Positions 10,533 through 20,797 of a stretch of DNA of 64,000 nucleotides are shown piece by piece. A program made the translations under genes and the position numbers. Within the stretch, counting starts at the first letter, position 1. The number at the start of each line of letters is the position of its first letter. The notes under the pieces were generated by a model. It was not told the DNA's origin, did no database searches, and saw only the letters and a program-made list of their open reading frames with translations. This stretch comes from Bdellovibrionales bacterium. GTDB taxonomy: Bacteria > Bdellovibrionota > Bdellovibrionia > Bdellovibrionales > UBA1609. The stretch is taken from NCBI GenBank assembly GCA_020630675.1, contig JAHDIR010000001.1:89015-153014 (forward strand), given 5' to 3'.

Positions 10533-10955
10533 ATGGGGCAATCAAAACTAATTATCGTGAGCGATGAGCATTCAGTTGTTGAAAGCGCACGAGCCTTTGC
10601 TAACCACCACTCTTTAGAGCTGAGAGCTTACTCAGTCAGAGAATGGGAAGTTAAGCAGAGTACTCAAAATGAGGGCAGTATGCCGTCATTAAGTGCAGGA
10701 GCACAACCTCTCGAAAATGGAGCTAAAATCTTACAGTTTCCAGTTGGCGGTCAACCAATGCAACCCATTGGTGTTCAAAAAGTTGAAACGATCAACGACT
10801 TAGAGTGTAAGGCTATTAAAAAAGCCATTTTTGAATTTAAAGGAAATCTTACAGAAGCAGCAAAAGCCTTAGGGATTGGCCGAGCTACTCTTTACAGAAA
10901 GGTCAAGCAATACAATATTGACCCAAGTGAGGCGAGGCGTAGAAGAGCCGCTTAA
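10533..10955 (+). CDS. Fis-type HTH DNA-binding protein with non-canonical N-terminal region
   Basis: C-terminus LECKAIKKAIFEFKGNLTEAAKALGIGRATLYRKVKQYNI is a Fis/NtrC-type HTH_8. ATG 10533 is preceded by GGAGG; the track ORF starts at an upstream TTG. Confidence 0.72.
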   Translation: MGQSKLIIVSDEHSVVESARAFANHHSLELRAYSVREWEVKQSTQNEGSMPSLSAGAQPLENGAKILQFPVGGQPMQPIGVQKVETINDLECKAIKKAIFEFKGNLTEAAKALGIGRATLYRKVKQYNIDPSEARRRRAA

Positions 10956-10991
10956 AAGTAAAAAGACCGAACATGGATGTATGGTTGTAAG

Positions 10992-11024
10992 AAAAGCAAG
11001 GGTTAGACCTTGCTTTTTTATTTT
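10992..11024 (+). terminator. Rho-independent terminator
   Basis: AAAAGCAAGG / CCTTGCTTTT 10-bp stem with a 6-nt loop and a T-run. Confidence 0.8.
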
Positions 11025-11114
11025 GTAAAAGAAGTATGACCCTTTAATTTGGACGAAAGGCTTTTAAGTTATGGACGAATTTTCTAAAAGCCTTAATTGT
11101 GGTATTTTGTGTTT

Positions 11115-12128
11115 ATGAAGTTAAAGTTACTGTTAGTCTTATTTTTTTTTCTTATGTTAGGGCTACCGGCAAAAGCCTCTAAGAAATTTATATCTTCTCA
11201 AGATAAAAAAACTCAAAAAATTGAGTCGTTATATTCAAGTAAAAAATACGAAGTAGTTGTTGATCTTTTAGCTGGGCAGTGGTCTTCAGCCAGTGCAAAA
11301 AGTTTATCTTACTTAGCCAATTCATTCAGTGCTTTAGAGCAATACAGTCAGCAAATAAAAGTGCTAGAGTTTTTAAAAGCTAAAAAGCCTAACCAGTACA
11401 TTTGGTATTTTAAACTAGGTGTAGCCTATGAAAACTTACATAAGCAGTCTTCTCAAAAAAAATATAAAGACTCTGCCACCAAAAACTATAGAAAAGCCAT
11501 GGAAATCAATCCAAAATTTAAGCCACCTTATACAAAATTACTAGCTATGTTTGCTCGTGATCGTAATTTATATGAGGGAAGAACCATGGCTTCTGTGATA
11601 CTCACTCAGTTTGGAGCAAGTCCAGAAGTTAGCCAAAACCTGTGTAAACTTTATTCTTTGGATGGCTATATTCAAGAGGCCATCACCAACTGTTCAGTGG
11701 CAATTCAAGACAGTCCTGCTTTAGGTGATAACCATATGTATTTAGCCAATGCTTTTTTAGATAAAAAAGATAAGTTAACTGCGACAAAAATTTTTTCAAA
11801 AGCGGCAAAAAATTTTCCTAAATCTGAGTTTGTTCAAGTGACAACAGGTGATTTTAATTTTAGTGAAAAACTATATCGAGCAGCCTGTAAAAACTATAAA
11901 GCTGCACTGAAAGTCAATGAAAAATCAGAGCAAGCCCATGTCGGTCGAGCGCAATGTTTATTTCAGTTAGGAAAACCTGGGGTGGCATTATCGCATTATA
12001 TTCAAGCTTGTAAAATTAACTCCAAATTTATCAAAGAGTTCAAAGTAGCCACAAGTCGTTTGTTAACAACAGGACAAAATAAATTTTATAGCCGTTATGA
12101 AAACAGTTTGTATAAATGTCATAATTAG
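11115..12128 (+). CDS. Secreted TPR-repeat protein
   Basis: Signal peptide MKLKLLLVLFFFLMLGLPAKA. Degenerate TPR-like helical repeats (e.g. LGVAYENL...AMEINPKF, AHVGRAQCLFQLGKPGVALSHY). Confidence 0.65.
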   Translation: MKLKLLLVLFFFLMLGLPAKASKKFISSQDKKTQKIESLYSSKKYEVVVDLLAGQWSSASAKSLSYLANSFSALEQYSQQIKVLEFLKAKKPNQYIWYFKLGVAYENLHKQSSQKKYKDSATKNYRKAMEINPKFKPPYTKLLAMFARDRNLYEGRTMASVILTQFGASPEVSQNLCKLYSLDGYIQEAITNCSVAIQDSPALGDNHMYLANAFLDKKDKLTATKIFSKAAKNFPKSEFVQVTTGDFNFSEKLYRAACKNYKAALKVNEKSEQAHVGRAQCLFQLGKPGVALSHYIQACKINSKFIKEFKVATSRLLTTGQNKFYSRYENSLYKCHN

Positions 12129-12284
12129 CAATTTCAGCACGAGTATTCTGAAACAAATGACTCGCCTATAATCTAGTTTACATCTCTACTACGGTCTAAT
12201 AAATGCCCGACGTGGTTAAGTCTGTCTGTTTATATTGTTAAGGTTTTAGATAAAGACACATTAACTTTTATGTAGAGGGTAAGC

Positions 12285-13223
12285 ATGGGAACTTTATTTA
12301 AATTAATTTTTCTGGTCGTTTTTTTCTTTCAATCTGGGCAAGCTCTGGCTAAATCTAACCCCTCCATAAGTTTACTTTCCCAAAAGCAAATCAAAAAATT
12401 AGGAAAGTTGGAGCGCGAGTATTACTTAAAAAAACTAGGGCAAATTGTAGCAAACTTTGAACAAAAACTGACAAAAAACAAAAGATTTTCTGCTCAAAAC
12501 CAGTTTCCCTTTAATATAAACTTTATGAATACAGCTTATGCCGGCCTGGTTGCCACTTGTCCTGTCGGTGGGCAAAGCGTTAACTATATAAATAATAAAT
12601 GTAGTTTGAAGGAGCATAAGTGCAATAACTTCAATACAAATAAATATACCCATGGTTTTTTATGTGGTGATATATATAAAGGCAGTGAAGCTGAAAGGTG
12701 TGTGGGTTACAAAAAAGGCGATTATGATATATCCATGCGTTGCGGCCAATTAGGCATTAATGACAGTAAAACGAGTGAGTTAAAGGCGTACCAAGAGAAG
12801 TACTGTGGTTCAGGTAGTCAATTTATAAACAAAGATGGTTGTAAATACTTAGAGGTCGCAACGGCGAGTCTAAGAGAAGCAGTGAATAAGTTAAGTAGCA
12901 ATAAGGTGTTGGCGCTAGATTGTGGTGGAAATTATTTAATGTGTAAACTGTGTCAGACAGACGAGACTGGAAAGGTTGAGTGTACAAAACCCATTCCAGA
13001 GGTTAAGGCAAAGATATTTCAAAAAGTACTAAAGTTAGGTATATTAAATCCCAATTCCATTGATGGGTTAGCCCTGGGGAACATTAATAATATGCTAACT
13101 TATAATCAAGCATGTGATTGGATATATTCAGACTACATTAAAAACTCTAGTCAAGTGAATGAACATTATAACAAATTCTGTGTTAAAAATAATTCAAATT
13201 CTGATAAGAAAGCTACACAGTAA
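12285..13223 (+). CDS. Secreted Cys-rich hypothetical protein
   Basis: Signal peptide ending QALA. More than 15 cysteines in the mature part. No recognised domain. Confidence 0.6.
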   Translation: MGTLFKLIFLVVFFFQSGQALAKSNPSISLLSQKQIKKLGKLEREYYLKKLGQIVANFEQKLTKNKRFSAQNQFPFNINFMNTAYAGLVATCPVGGQSVNYINNKCSLKEHKCNNFNTNKYTHGFLCGDIYKGSEAERCVGYKKGDYDISMRCGQLGINDSKTSELKAYQEKYCGSGSQFINKDGCKYLEVATASLREAVNKLSSNKVLALDCGGNYLMCKLCQTDETGKVECTKPIPEVKAKIFQKVLKLGILNPNSIDGLALGNINNMLTYNQACDWIYSDYIKNSSQVNEHYNKFCVKNNSNSDKKATQ

Positions 13224-13266
13224 CGCTTATTAATTCAAATTAAAGTGTCCCGGCTGTTTTAAGTCT

Positions 13267-13584
13267 TTGGTTAAGGTGAAAAAAGATTTGGTATTTGTTA
13301 AAAATGAAAGAAAGGAGTTGAAGTTGAGCCAGGTAAGTTTTGTGAAGAGTTTATTTGTTATCTTTATTTTTGTAGTTTCTACGCAAATATATGCTCAAGG
13401 AGCTTTAGGTAAGCTACCGGTTTTAAATAAAGTGAAACAACAACAAAAACCACTAGCCCAAACACTCAGACAGCCCAGCAGTGCCCATAAAAAACATAAA
13501 ATAAAAAAAGAAAGGTGGCAGGGCCGAGATGAAGCCCTATTAAGAAAACATCAACATAAGTTGGAGTCGTCTTCGGACAATTAA
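13267..13584 (+). CDS. Small basic hypothetical protein with one hydrophobic segment
   Basis: ORF only, start uncertain. Basic Lys/His/Gln-rich C-terminus. Ends at the terminator shared with rpsT. Confidence 0.4.
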   Translation: MVKVKKDLVFVKNERKELKLSQVSFVKSLFVIFIFVVSTQIYAQGALGKLPVLNKVKQQQKPLAQTLRQPSSAHKKHKIKKERWQGRDEALLRKHQHKLESSSDN

Positions 13585-13602
13585 AACAGATACATATTTA
13601 GA

Positions 13603-13639
13603 ATAAAAAAAAACCTTAGAAATTCTAAGGCTTTTTTTG
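13603..13639. terminator. Bidirectional rho-independent terminator between the 13267 ORF and rpsT
   Basis: A-run, CCTTAGA-AAT-TCTAAGG hairpin, then a T-run. Symmetric, so usable from both strands. Confidence 0.7.
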
Positions 13640-13664
13640 TCATTTCAAATAGGAAAAATAAAAA

Positions 13665-13928
13665 TTATTTCATAGAGCTTACATGCTTGGAAAGTCGGCT
13701 GATTTTTCTAGAAGCATTATTAGCATGTAAGATACCTTTTTGAGCCGCCTTGGCCATTTTACTTGTATAAGAAAGTAAAAGGCTTTTTGCATCGTCAGAT
13801 TTATTATCAGCAATGGCTGTTCTTAATTTTTTTTCAAAAGTACGAATGCTTTTTTTAGTTTGGGCATTACGAGCTGTTTTAGTTATAGTTTGTCGAGCTC
13901 TTTTTGCTGCCGATTTATGATTTGCCAA
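13665..13928 (-). CDS. rpsT: 30S ribosomal protein S20
   Basis: MANHKSAAKRARQTITKTARN... is the canonical S20 N-terminus. 87 aa. Confidence 0.95.
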   Translation of the reverse strand: MANHKSAAKRARQTITKTARNAQTKKSIRTFEKKLRTAIADNKSDDAKSLLLSYTSKMAKAAQKGILHANNASRKISRLSKHVSSMK

Positions 13929-14045
13929 AATAGGCCTCCTGATAATCTTTTTGTTAACTTAAAAAGAGATAGCTATCACGTCGCCGGCAGACGAGCAAGA
14001 AAAAAGGGCATCCCGCGAAAAAGCCTTCCTAAACCCCTGTATTTA

Positions 14046-15731
14046 ATGCACAATATTTCTATTCTCTCTTTAGTGAGGGCCCTTTTTAGACTAGGCCAAA
14101 TAGGCCTCAAATCTATTACAACGTATTTGGAGTCTTTTTTGCCCCATTCAACTTCAAGCCCCACCGAAAAATCAAACATAAGCTCCCAATCTAGTGTTTT
14201 TCGCTCAGCCTTGGCGATGGCAACAGGCACTCTATCTAGCCGAATATTAGGTCTTTTGCGTGATGTTTTATTGGCCGCGTTTTTTCCTAAGATGGTCACA
14301 GACACCTTTTTTGCTGCCTTTAAACTGCCCAATATGTTTAGGCGCCTCTTGGGCGAGGGCTCTTTGTCGGTCAGCTTTATTCCTGTTTATATAGACCTTC
14401 AGCACCGTCATGGACAAGAAAAAGCCCAAAAGCTATCTGGTAGTCTTTGGGGGTTATTGCTTATTATCACTGGGCTATTGAGTTTAGTGGGAGTTCTTTT
14501 TATGGATAAGCTTTTACCCTTATTATTAGGGGGGGAGGGCTTTGTTCAAGTGCCAGGCAAATTAGCTCTGGCGATTGCTTTGGCAAAAATCATGTTTAGT
14601 TATTTATTTCTTGTCACCAGTTATGCTTTTTTAATGGCAGTGGCCAACGCCCATAAGTATTTTTTTATTCCAGCAATGGGTCCCACGGTTTTTAATTTTA
14701 CTTTTATTGTCTCAAGTTTGCTGTCTTATTATTTTGGTGTTTTATCAGGACAGTGGATTGCCATAGGAGTTCTTGTTGGTGGCGCTTTACAAACTTTATT
14801 AGTGAAGTGTTTTCTGATCACTAAAAAAATATTTCCCAAGCCATCCATAAATTTAAAAGTACAAGGCTTGGCTTTAACATTAAGAAATATGTTGCCAGGT
14901 ATGTTGGGGTTAGGAGTTGTACAACTAATGAGCTTGGTGAATTTGCGCTTTGCCAGTCAACTCCCTGAAGGAGCCATTTCCTATATTTATTATGGTGATA
15001 GAATTTTAGAGCTTCCTCAGTCGTTAATTGCGATTAGTTTGGGGAGTGCTCTGCTACCAACACTGTCCAAGCTGTGGTCGCAGGGGCAAAAGTCTTTGTT
15101 TTTACAAGAAAGCCTAAAGTACCAAAAAATTCTATTGTTTTTAGCCCTACCTTGCTGTGCGGGTCTGTATGTTCTAGCAGAGCCCATTGTACAAGTTTTG
15201 TTTCAAAGAGGGGAGTTTAACTCTACGGATGTTGCCGGCACGGTTGTTGTTTTACAGGTTTATAGTTTTTTACTTTTGGCTTCTGGTTTTAATAAAATTT
15301 TAGTTCCGAATTTATATGCCATCAAAAATACTTGGCTGCCTGCCACCATCACCGTGTTTAGTTTGTCGCTGCATATTTTTATGGCTCCCCACTTTTTAAA
15401 AGAGATGGGGCTTCGAGGTTTAGTACTGTCCATGACTCTCTCTGGCTTTGCCAATATGTTTTTAATTTTACTGAGTTGTCACTTTTTGGTAGGGAAAACT
15501 CAAGTCTTAGCTTTATTAAAAGCTTTTTTTAAGTCATTGTTACTGTCGGCTTTAATGGCAGCAGTGATTTATATGGCTTACTCGCAATTAGGCCTTTTAT
15601 TGCAAAGCTCTTGGCTAAGGGCTTTTGGCTTACTGGCACTGGTGAGTTTAGGGGTTGTCACCTATATTGGGGGGGCTTGGCTGTTTAAAGTGAAAGAAGT
15701 TCATCTCATTTTAAAGTTAATTAAAAAGTAA
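14046..15731 (+). CDS. murJ: Lipid II flippase MurJ (MviN)
   Basis: Conserved RSALAMATGTLSSRILGLLRDVLLAAFF motif and about 14 TM segments. Start moved to ATG 14046 because the track ORF start (13860) overlaps rpsT on the other strand. Confidence 0.88.
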   Translation: MHNISILSLVRALFRLGQIGLKSITTYLESFLPHSTSSPTEKSNISSQSSVFRSALAMATGTLSSRILGLLRDVLLAAFFPKMVTDTFFAAFKLPNMFRRLLGEGSLSVSFIPVYIDLQHRHGQEKAQKLSGSLWGLLLIITGLLSLVGVLFMDKLLPLLLGGEGFVQVPGKLALAIALAKIMFSYLFLVTSYAFLMAVANAHKYFFIPAMGPTVFNFTFIVSSLLSYYFGVLSGQWIAIGVLVGGALQTLLVKCFLITKKIFPKPSINLKVQGLALTLRNMLPGMLGLGVVQLMSLVNLRFASQLPEGAISYIYYGDRILELPQSLIAISLGSALLPTLSKLWSQGQKSLFLQESLKYQKILLFLALPCCAGLYVLAEPIVQVLFQRGEFNSTDVAGTVVVLQVYSFLLLASGFNKILVPNLYAIKNTWLPATITVFSLSLHIFMAPHFLKEMGLRGLVLSMTLSGFANMFLILLSCHFLVGKTQVLALLKAFFKSLLLSALMAAVIYMAYSQLGLLLQSSWLRAFGLLALVSLGVVTYIGGAWLFKVKEVHLILKLIKK

Positions 15732-15733
15732 CC

Positions 15734-16519
15734 TTAGTTTTTGGCCTGCTTCCAATAAGTTTCCAGCTGTTCGGCTGTGAGATCGTCGATGCTTTGGTTT
15801 TGCTTTTGAATTTTTTTGTTCATTTTAAAAAATCTTTTTTCAAAGCGTTGATTGGCTTTTTGTAAAGTTTGTTCTGGATCTAATTTTAAGTGACGAGATA
15901 ATTGGCACACACTAAATAAAAGGTCTCCAACTTCATTTTCAATATCTTCGTGGCAGCCATTAGCAATAGCCTCTTTGACTTCCAGACTTTCCTCATTCAC
16001 TTTATTTAAAACTTCTTGAGCCGAGCTCCAATCAAAGTTTTTTTTCTTGGCCTTTTCTCCCATCTTGAGGCTTTTTAAGAGAGCATTGAGATGCTTGGGA
16101 ATATCAAAACCTTCTTTTTGGGGTTTGCTGGCTTTTTCTAACTTTTTAATTTCTTCCCAATTTTTCCACACTTCATCAGTATTAGCTACCTTTGTTGTGG
16201 CAAACACATGTGGGTGCCTACGCACCATTTTTTCACAGATATTTTCTATGACATCAGTGATAGAAAAATGATTGTTTTCTTGAGCAATTTGCGAGTGAAG
16301 AACCACTTGTAATAAAACATCGCCAAGTTCATCTTTCATTTCGTCAAAATTTTTACTATTAACAGCATCGACAAACTCATAGCACTCCTCAATGGTATAT
16401 CTAGTCAAAGATTTATGGGTTTGCTCTTTGTCCCAAGGGCAGCCGTTGGGGCCACGAAGGTTGGCGACAATTTGTAGTAAACTTGAAAATTCATTGAGAG
16501 TTTTAGGGGGGGTGGGCAT
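15734..16519 (-). CDS. mazG: Nucleoside triphosphate pyrophosphohydrolase MazG
   Basis: Two MazG repeats: CPWDKEQTHKSL..EECYE..DELGDVLLQV, and a second E..E..E.GDLLF. 261 aa. Confidence 0.9.
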   Translation of the reverse strand: MPTPPKTLNEFSSLLQIVANLRGPNGCPWDKEQTHKSLTRYTIEECYEFVDAVNSKNFDEMKDELGDVLLQVVLHSQIAQENNHFSITDVIENICEKMVRRHPHVFATTKVANTDEVWKNWEEIKKLEKASKPQKEGFDIPKHLNALLKSLKMGEKAKKKNFDWSSAQEVLNKVNEESLEVKEAIANGCHEDIENEVGDLLFSVCQLSRHLKLDPEQTLQKANQRFEKRFFKMNKKIQKQNQSIDDLTAEQLETYWKQAKN

Positions 16520-16809
16520 AACAACTCCTCGTTTTAAAAAAATAGACCCTATAAGAATGTCTATTAAATTTCAAATGAAGATAAATCTTTAGCCAGAAGC
16601 TAATGACTGAGGTATAGATTCCTCAGAAAAATCACTCCATTTTTGGTGGTAATGATGATCAATAGCGGCCATTGTCGATGGGAAAAATTTGCCGATGAAA
16701 GGTGCCTCTAGAAGTCATTGATTTTAATGGTTAAATTTAGTTTAGATAGAAGGCCAGGCAAATTATTATTAATAAGTCTATTTTGTCTGTGATATGATTA
16801 TAAAGAGTT

Positions 16810-19179
16810 ATGAAAAATAAAAACCCAAATAGAAATAAGTACTTAAGCTACTCGCATTCGCTCTTTCGTTGGGTCGAAGATTTAGGCTTTTCTCAGTCTT
16901 TTTTTGGGCGATTTGTCAGTTATTTAGAGGGTAAGCTGGGAGTAAAACGTTTACTGGGGGTAATTTTATTTAGTTTCGTCATTTCAATATTTATAAACTT
17001 TGAAATGGGCGGTACTTATAAGTTAAAAGAAGGTCAGTTGGCTCCTGGCGAAATAAAGTCTCCCATGAGCTTTTCTATTGTCGATGAAAAACTAACTCAA
17101 ATCGAATTAATCGAAGCCGAAAACTCCATGTCTCCTGTGTTTGATTATTATCCGCAAGCCTATGTAAAATTGTTCAAAGATTTAAATGCTGCTTTTAGCA
17201 ATATGAGAGACTTTTTATCTCGTGGGCAGGCGAATGCTGAGAGCTTATATAATCGTAAGTCTAAGTTTGAATCATTGTTGGGAAGTGAAGTTTCTCAAGA
17301 TTTATTTGATTGGCTGATTGAAAATCAGTTTAGTTTTCAGATAGAAAATATTATTTTTAGGTCTTTGTCTGTCTGGTCAAAGCAAATGATTTACGACAGT
17401 TCCTCATTGTTATCAGATAAAATTGAAAATGTATCAGTTAAAAACAGAGGAAGGGGAGAAAGCACAGCAACAACATACTCTTTAGAGAGTTTGGTTGATC
17501 TTAGAAAAAAGAAAAACTTTAAAATTGAAACTATGCGCGGATATGATCGCTTTTCTGAACGCTCTAAAAATAATATTAAATTAATGACTTATTCTTTGTT
17601 GGTTCCTAACTTGATTTTTAACTTAGCAGAAAGCCAAGAAAAAATTAAAAAAGCTCGTGCTGCCGTCGAGCCCATTAAAATTTCAGTAAAAAGAAACCAG
17701 CTTATTCTTTCTAAAGATGAAGTGGTAAAGCCTTCTCATATAAAAATTCTGAATCAAATTCGAAAAATTAAATCTGGTCCACAAATGTTTTTGAGAATTT
17801 TATTTTCGGCGTTGTTCTTTTTTACAATTATTGTTGTGTTCTTGTCTTATGTTAAACGCTTTACTGTTAATAAAGTGAATATTAAACCAAAAGAGCTGGC
17901 TATCATGGGGGCCGTAGCTTTGGTGTCTTTAGGGATTGTGAAGTTATTTTTATTTATCACCGAAGCCTCGTTTTATAATTTAACAGGGCAAGTGATTCCA
18001 AGTTCTTTCTTCTTGTATTTAACCCCTTTAGCAATGGCTCCTATGTTAGCAGGCTTACTTCTTTCATCGGGTGAATTGGTGTGGCTTTTTACTTTATTTT
18101 TTATGACAGCTTTATCTTTAATGCTTGATTTTAACTTTAGTATTTTTGTTATGGGAATTTCTGCGGGTGTAGCCGCTGCTCGTGGTGTTTTTAGTTGTGA
18201 AAAAAGAAATGATGTTTATTTTGCCGGTATACGCTCAGGGTTAATTGCCGCGATTGTTGTTTTGTTTATAGGTCTTTTAGAGCGCGTGCAAGTGGCTGTT
18301 CCCATGACAGATATTTTGTGGACCTGTCTTGGGGCTTTTTTGGGTGGAATTTTTTCAGCTATGTTCACTCTTACTTTGATTCCTGTTTTAGAGTCATTTT
18401 TTAATTGCACCACTGACGTTAAGCTTTTAGAGCTCAGCAACTTAAGTCACCCTTTGATGAAAGAAATGATTATGAAATCTCCAGGGACCTATCACCATGC
18501 CTTGGCCGTAGGAAATATGGTGGAAGAGGCAGCTAATAAAATTGAAGCAAACGCACTTTTGGCCAAAGTGATGGCTTATTATCATGATATCGGTAAAATT
18601 GAGCACTCTCACTATTTTATTGAAAACCAAAGGCCTGGTCTTAATCCGCATGAAGAGATTTCACCTTATATGAGCAAAACAGTTATTATTGCTCATGTAA
18701 AAGACGGTGCCGAGCTTGCCATTAAACACAAATTGGGGCGTCCCATTGTTGACGGAATATTACAACATCATGGTACAACTTTAATCTCTTATTTTTACAA
18801 CAAAGCCTTACAGCAGTCCGGTTATGGTGATGTCGAAGAGGTAGAGTTTCGCTACCCTGGGCCCAAGCCCCAGTTTAAAGAAGCGGCTTTGGTTATGTTA
18901 GCCGATAGCATAGAAGCGGCCGCTAGGTCTATTGAAGAGCCAACCCCTCCTAAACTTACAGCTTTAGTTCAGTCCATTATTCAATCCAAGTTTATAGACG
19001 GTCAGCTGAATGAGTGTAATCTTACTTTTAAAGAGTTATCTTTAATCGAAGAAACTTTTAAAAAGACTATATTAAATATTTATCACCATAGAATTGATTA
19101 CCCAGAACGTGAAAATAAAAAGTCTGAGTCTATGCCTGATGTTTTGAACTTTAAAAAGAAAAAGACAACAAAAAAATGA
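16810..19179 (+). CDS. 7TM-receptor HD-domain phosphohydrolase (PgpH/YqfF family)
   Basis: 789 aa with an N-terminal extracellular domain, a 7-TM block and a C-terminal HD domain (YHHALAVGNM..., YYHDIGK, LQHHGT). Confidence 0.85.
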   Translation: MKNKNPNRNKYLSYSHSLFRWVEDLGFSQSFFGRFVSYLEGKLGVKRLLGVILFSFVISIFINFEMGGTYKLKEGQLAPGEIKSPMSFSIVDEKLTQIELIEAENSMSPVFDYYPQAYVKLFKDLNAAFSNMRDFLSRGQANAESLYNRKSKFESLLGSEVSQDLFDWLIENQFSFQIENIIFRSLSVWSKQMIYDSSSLLSDKIENVSVKNRGRGESTATTYSLESLVDLRKKKNFKIETMRGYDRFSERSKNNIKLMTYSLLVPNLIFNLAESQEKIKKARAAVEPIKISVKRNQLILSKDEVVKPSHIKILNQIRKIKSGPQMFLRILFSALFFFTIIVVFLSYVKRFTVNKVNIKPKELAIMGAVALVSLGIVKLFLFITEASFYNLTGQVIPSSFFLYLTPLAMAPMLAGLLLSSGELVWLFTLFFMTALSLMLDFNFSIFVMGISAGVAAARGVFSCEKRNDVYFAGIRSGLIAAIVVLFIGLLERVQVAVPMTDILWTCLGAFLGGIFSAMFTLTLIPVLESFFNCTTDVKLLELSNLSHPLMKEMIMKSPGTYHHALAVGNMVEEAANKIEANALLAKVMAYYHDIGKIEHSHYFIENQRPGLNPHEEISPYMSKTVIIAHVKDGAELAIKHKLGRPIVDGILQHHGTTLISYFYNKALQQSGYGDVEEVEFRYPGPKPQFKEAALVMLADSIEAAARSIEEPTPPKLTALVQSIIQSKFIDGQLNECNLTFKELSLIEETFKKTILNIYHHRIDYPERENKKSESMPDVLNFKKKKTTKK

Positions 19180-19631
19180 TGGAACTAGTTTTAATTAATG
19201 AAAGTGAAATAAAAGTCCCTCGTTTGTATTTACAAGATTGGCTTGCGTTTGTGCATCATCAGTTTGTGAGAAAAAAAATTCTAAAAAAAAATGAAAACCG
19301 TTCTTTATCAGTAATTTTTTTAAATGAGGCACCTGCTCGTGCTATGAACCTGCAGTTTCGTAAAAAAGATTATGCCACTGACATTTTAAGTTTTGAAAGC
19401 GCTGACCCTGAAAGCTTTGGTGATTTAGCTGTGTGTTCACAGGTCGCTCAAAAACAAAGCATTGAACATAAACTCAGTTATCGTGATGAACTAGCTTATA
19501 TTTTATTGCATGGTTGGTTGCATTTGCTGGGGTATGAGCACGAGCAAGGCGGCAAAGAAGCTGAGTTGATGTTTAAACTTCAAGATGAGTTGTTTGAAAA
19601 AATCGATAAATTTCGTTCTCATTCTCGTTAA
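19176..19631 (+). CDS. ybeY: rRNA maturation endoribonuclease YbeY
   Basis: HGWLHLLGYEHE zinc-binding motif. 151 aa. ATGA overlap with the upstream HD gene. Confidence 0.92.
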   Translation: MMELVLINESEIKVPRLYLQDWLAFVHHQFVRKKILKKNENRSLSVIFLNEAPARAMNLQFRKKDYATDILSFESADPESFGDLAVCSQVAQKQSIEHKLSYRDELAYILLHGWLHLLGYEHEQGGKEAELMFKLQDELFEKIDKFRSHSR

Positions 19632-19668
19632 TCTCATATAAGATGATTTCTTTTAGGAGAGACTCACC

Positions 19669-20797
19669 ATGTCAATCGAAACAGAAATGTCTGACATCAA
19701 AGCTAAGATGCACCAAATGCAAAGTAAAACTTCTGAACTTCGGGGGTACCTTTGACATTTCAGCCAAAGAAAAAAGAATTGAAGAACTAAAAAATGCCTC
19801 TCAAAACCCGAATGTTTGGAATGACCATTCTGAAATGCAAAAAATTAATCAAGAAATGGCCATTCATCAAAAAGTGGTAGAGCAATGGCAAAGTCTTCAT
19901 CAAAAAGTGGAAGACTCTCTTGTGTTGGCTGAAATGCTTTTGGAAGAGCCCGATGAAAATGAGTTTCTTGTTTTAAAAGAAGACTTAGTAAAAAACGAAA
20001 AATTTATTGAACAGCTAGAGGTCCAAAGTTTCTTAAGTGGAGAGCTAGACCCCAACAGTTGCTATTTATCTATAAACTCCGGAGCTGGAGGGACAGAAGC
20101 CTGTGACTGGGCCGGTATGATTTACAGAATGTATGTTCGCTATGCTGAGCAGCAAGGCTTTAAGGTCGAGGTTCTGTCAATGGCCGATGGAGATGAGGCT
20201 GGTATAAAATCGGCCACACTCTCTATTCAAGGGCCCTACGCCTATGGTTTTTTAAAAGCGGAAAATGGTGTGCACCGCTTGGTGAGAATTAGCCCTTTTG
20301 ATTCCAATGCCAAGAGACACACTAGCTTTGCTTCTGTATTTTGTTGGGCTGAGGTTAACGATGATATTGATATTGAAGTCAAAGACGAAGATATAAAAGT
20401 AGACACCTACCGAGCCAGTGGAGCCGGCGGTCAGCATATCAACACCACTGATTCTGCCGTTCGAATCACCCACATTCCTTCCGGTGTGATTGTGCAGTGT
20501 CAAAATCAACGAAGTCAGCACGCTAACCGAGACACCGCAATGAAAATGCTCAAGGCGGCTCTCTATGAAAAAGAAGTTGAAAGACGAAATAAAGAAAAAG
20601 ATAGCATTGAATCGGGTAAAATGGCTAATGAATGGGGAAGCCAAATTCGTTCCTATGTTTTGCACCCTTATCAAATGGTCAAAGACCACAGAACTAATTT
20701 TGAAACCAGTAAAACAGGTGCTGTTCTTGACGGAGGGTTAGACCCTTTTATTGAAACTTTTTTGAAAAGTCAGGTCACGAAGAGTGAGGGGCAGTAA
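19669..20797 (+). CDS. prfB: Peptide chain release factor 2, requires programmed +1 frameshift: join(19669..19752,19754..20797)
   Basis: Frame 0 gives MSIETEMSDIKAKMHQMQSKTSELRGYL then TGA. The +1 frame continues DISAKEKRIEEL... through the SPF motif (RISPFDS) and GGQ motif (SGAGGQHINTTDSAV). Confidence 0.93.
19741..19755 (+). promoter_or_regulatory. prfB: prfB programmed +1 frameshift site
   Basis: CGG GGG TAC CTT TGA C: an internal SD-like GGGGG, then slippery CTT followed by in-frame TGA C, matching the canonical RF2 autoregulatory site. Confidence 0.9.

Noticed and set aside
13860-14045. Long N-terminal extension of the murJ ORF (start 13860)
   Set aside because: It overlaps the 5' end of rpsT on the opposite strand and is Cys/Ser/Arg-rich junk. 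The conserved MurJ sequence begins after ATG 14046.
16520-16809. 290-nt mazG/pgpH divergent spacer with hairpin CTGAGG-N8-CCTCAG as a possible sRNA or riboswitch
   Set aside because: It has a short stem, no T-run on either strand, and no recognisable riboswitch core. It is most simply a divergent promoter region.
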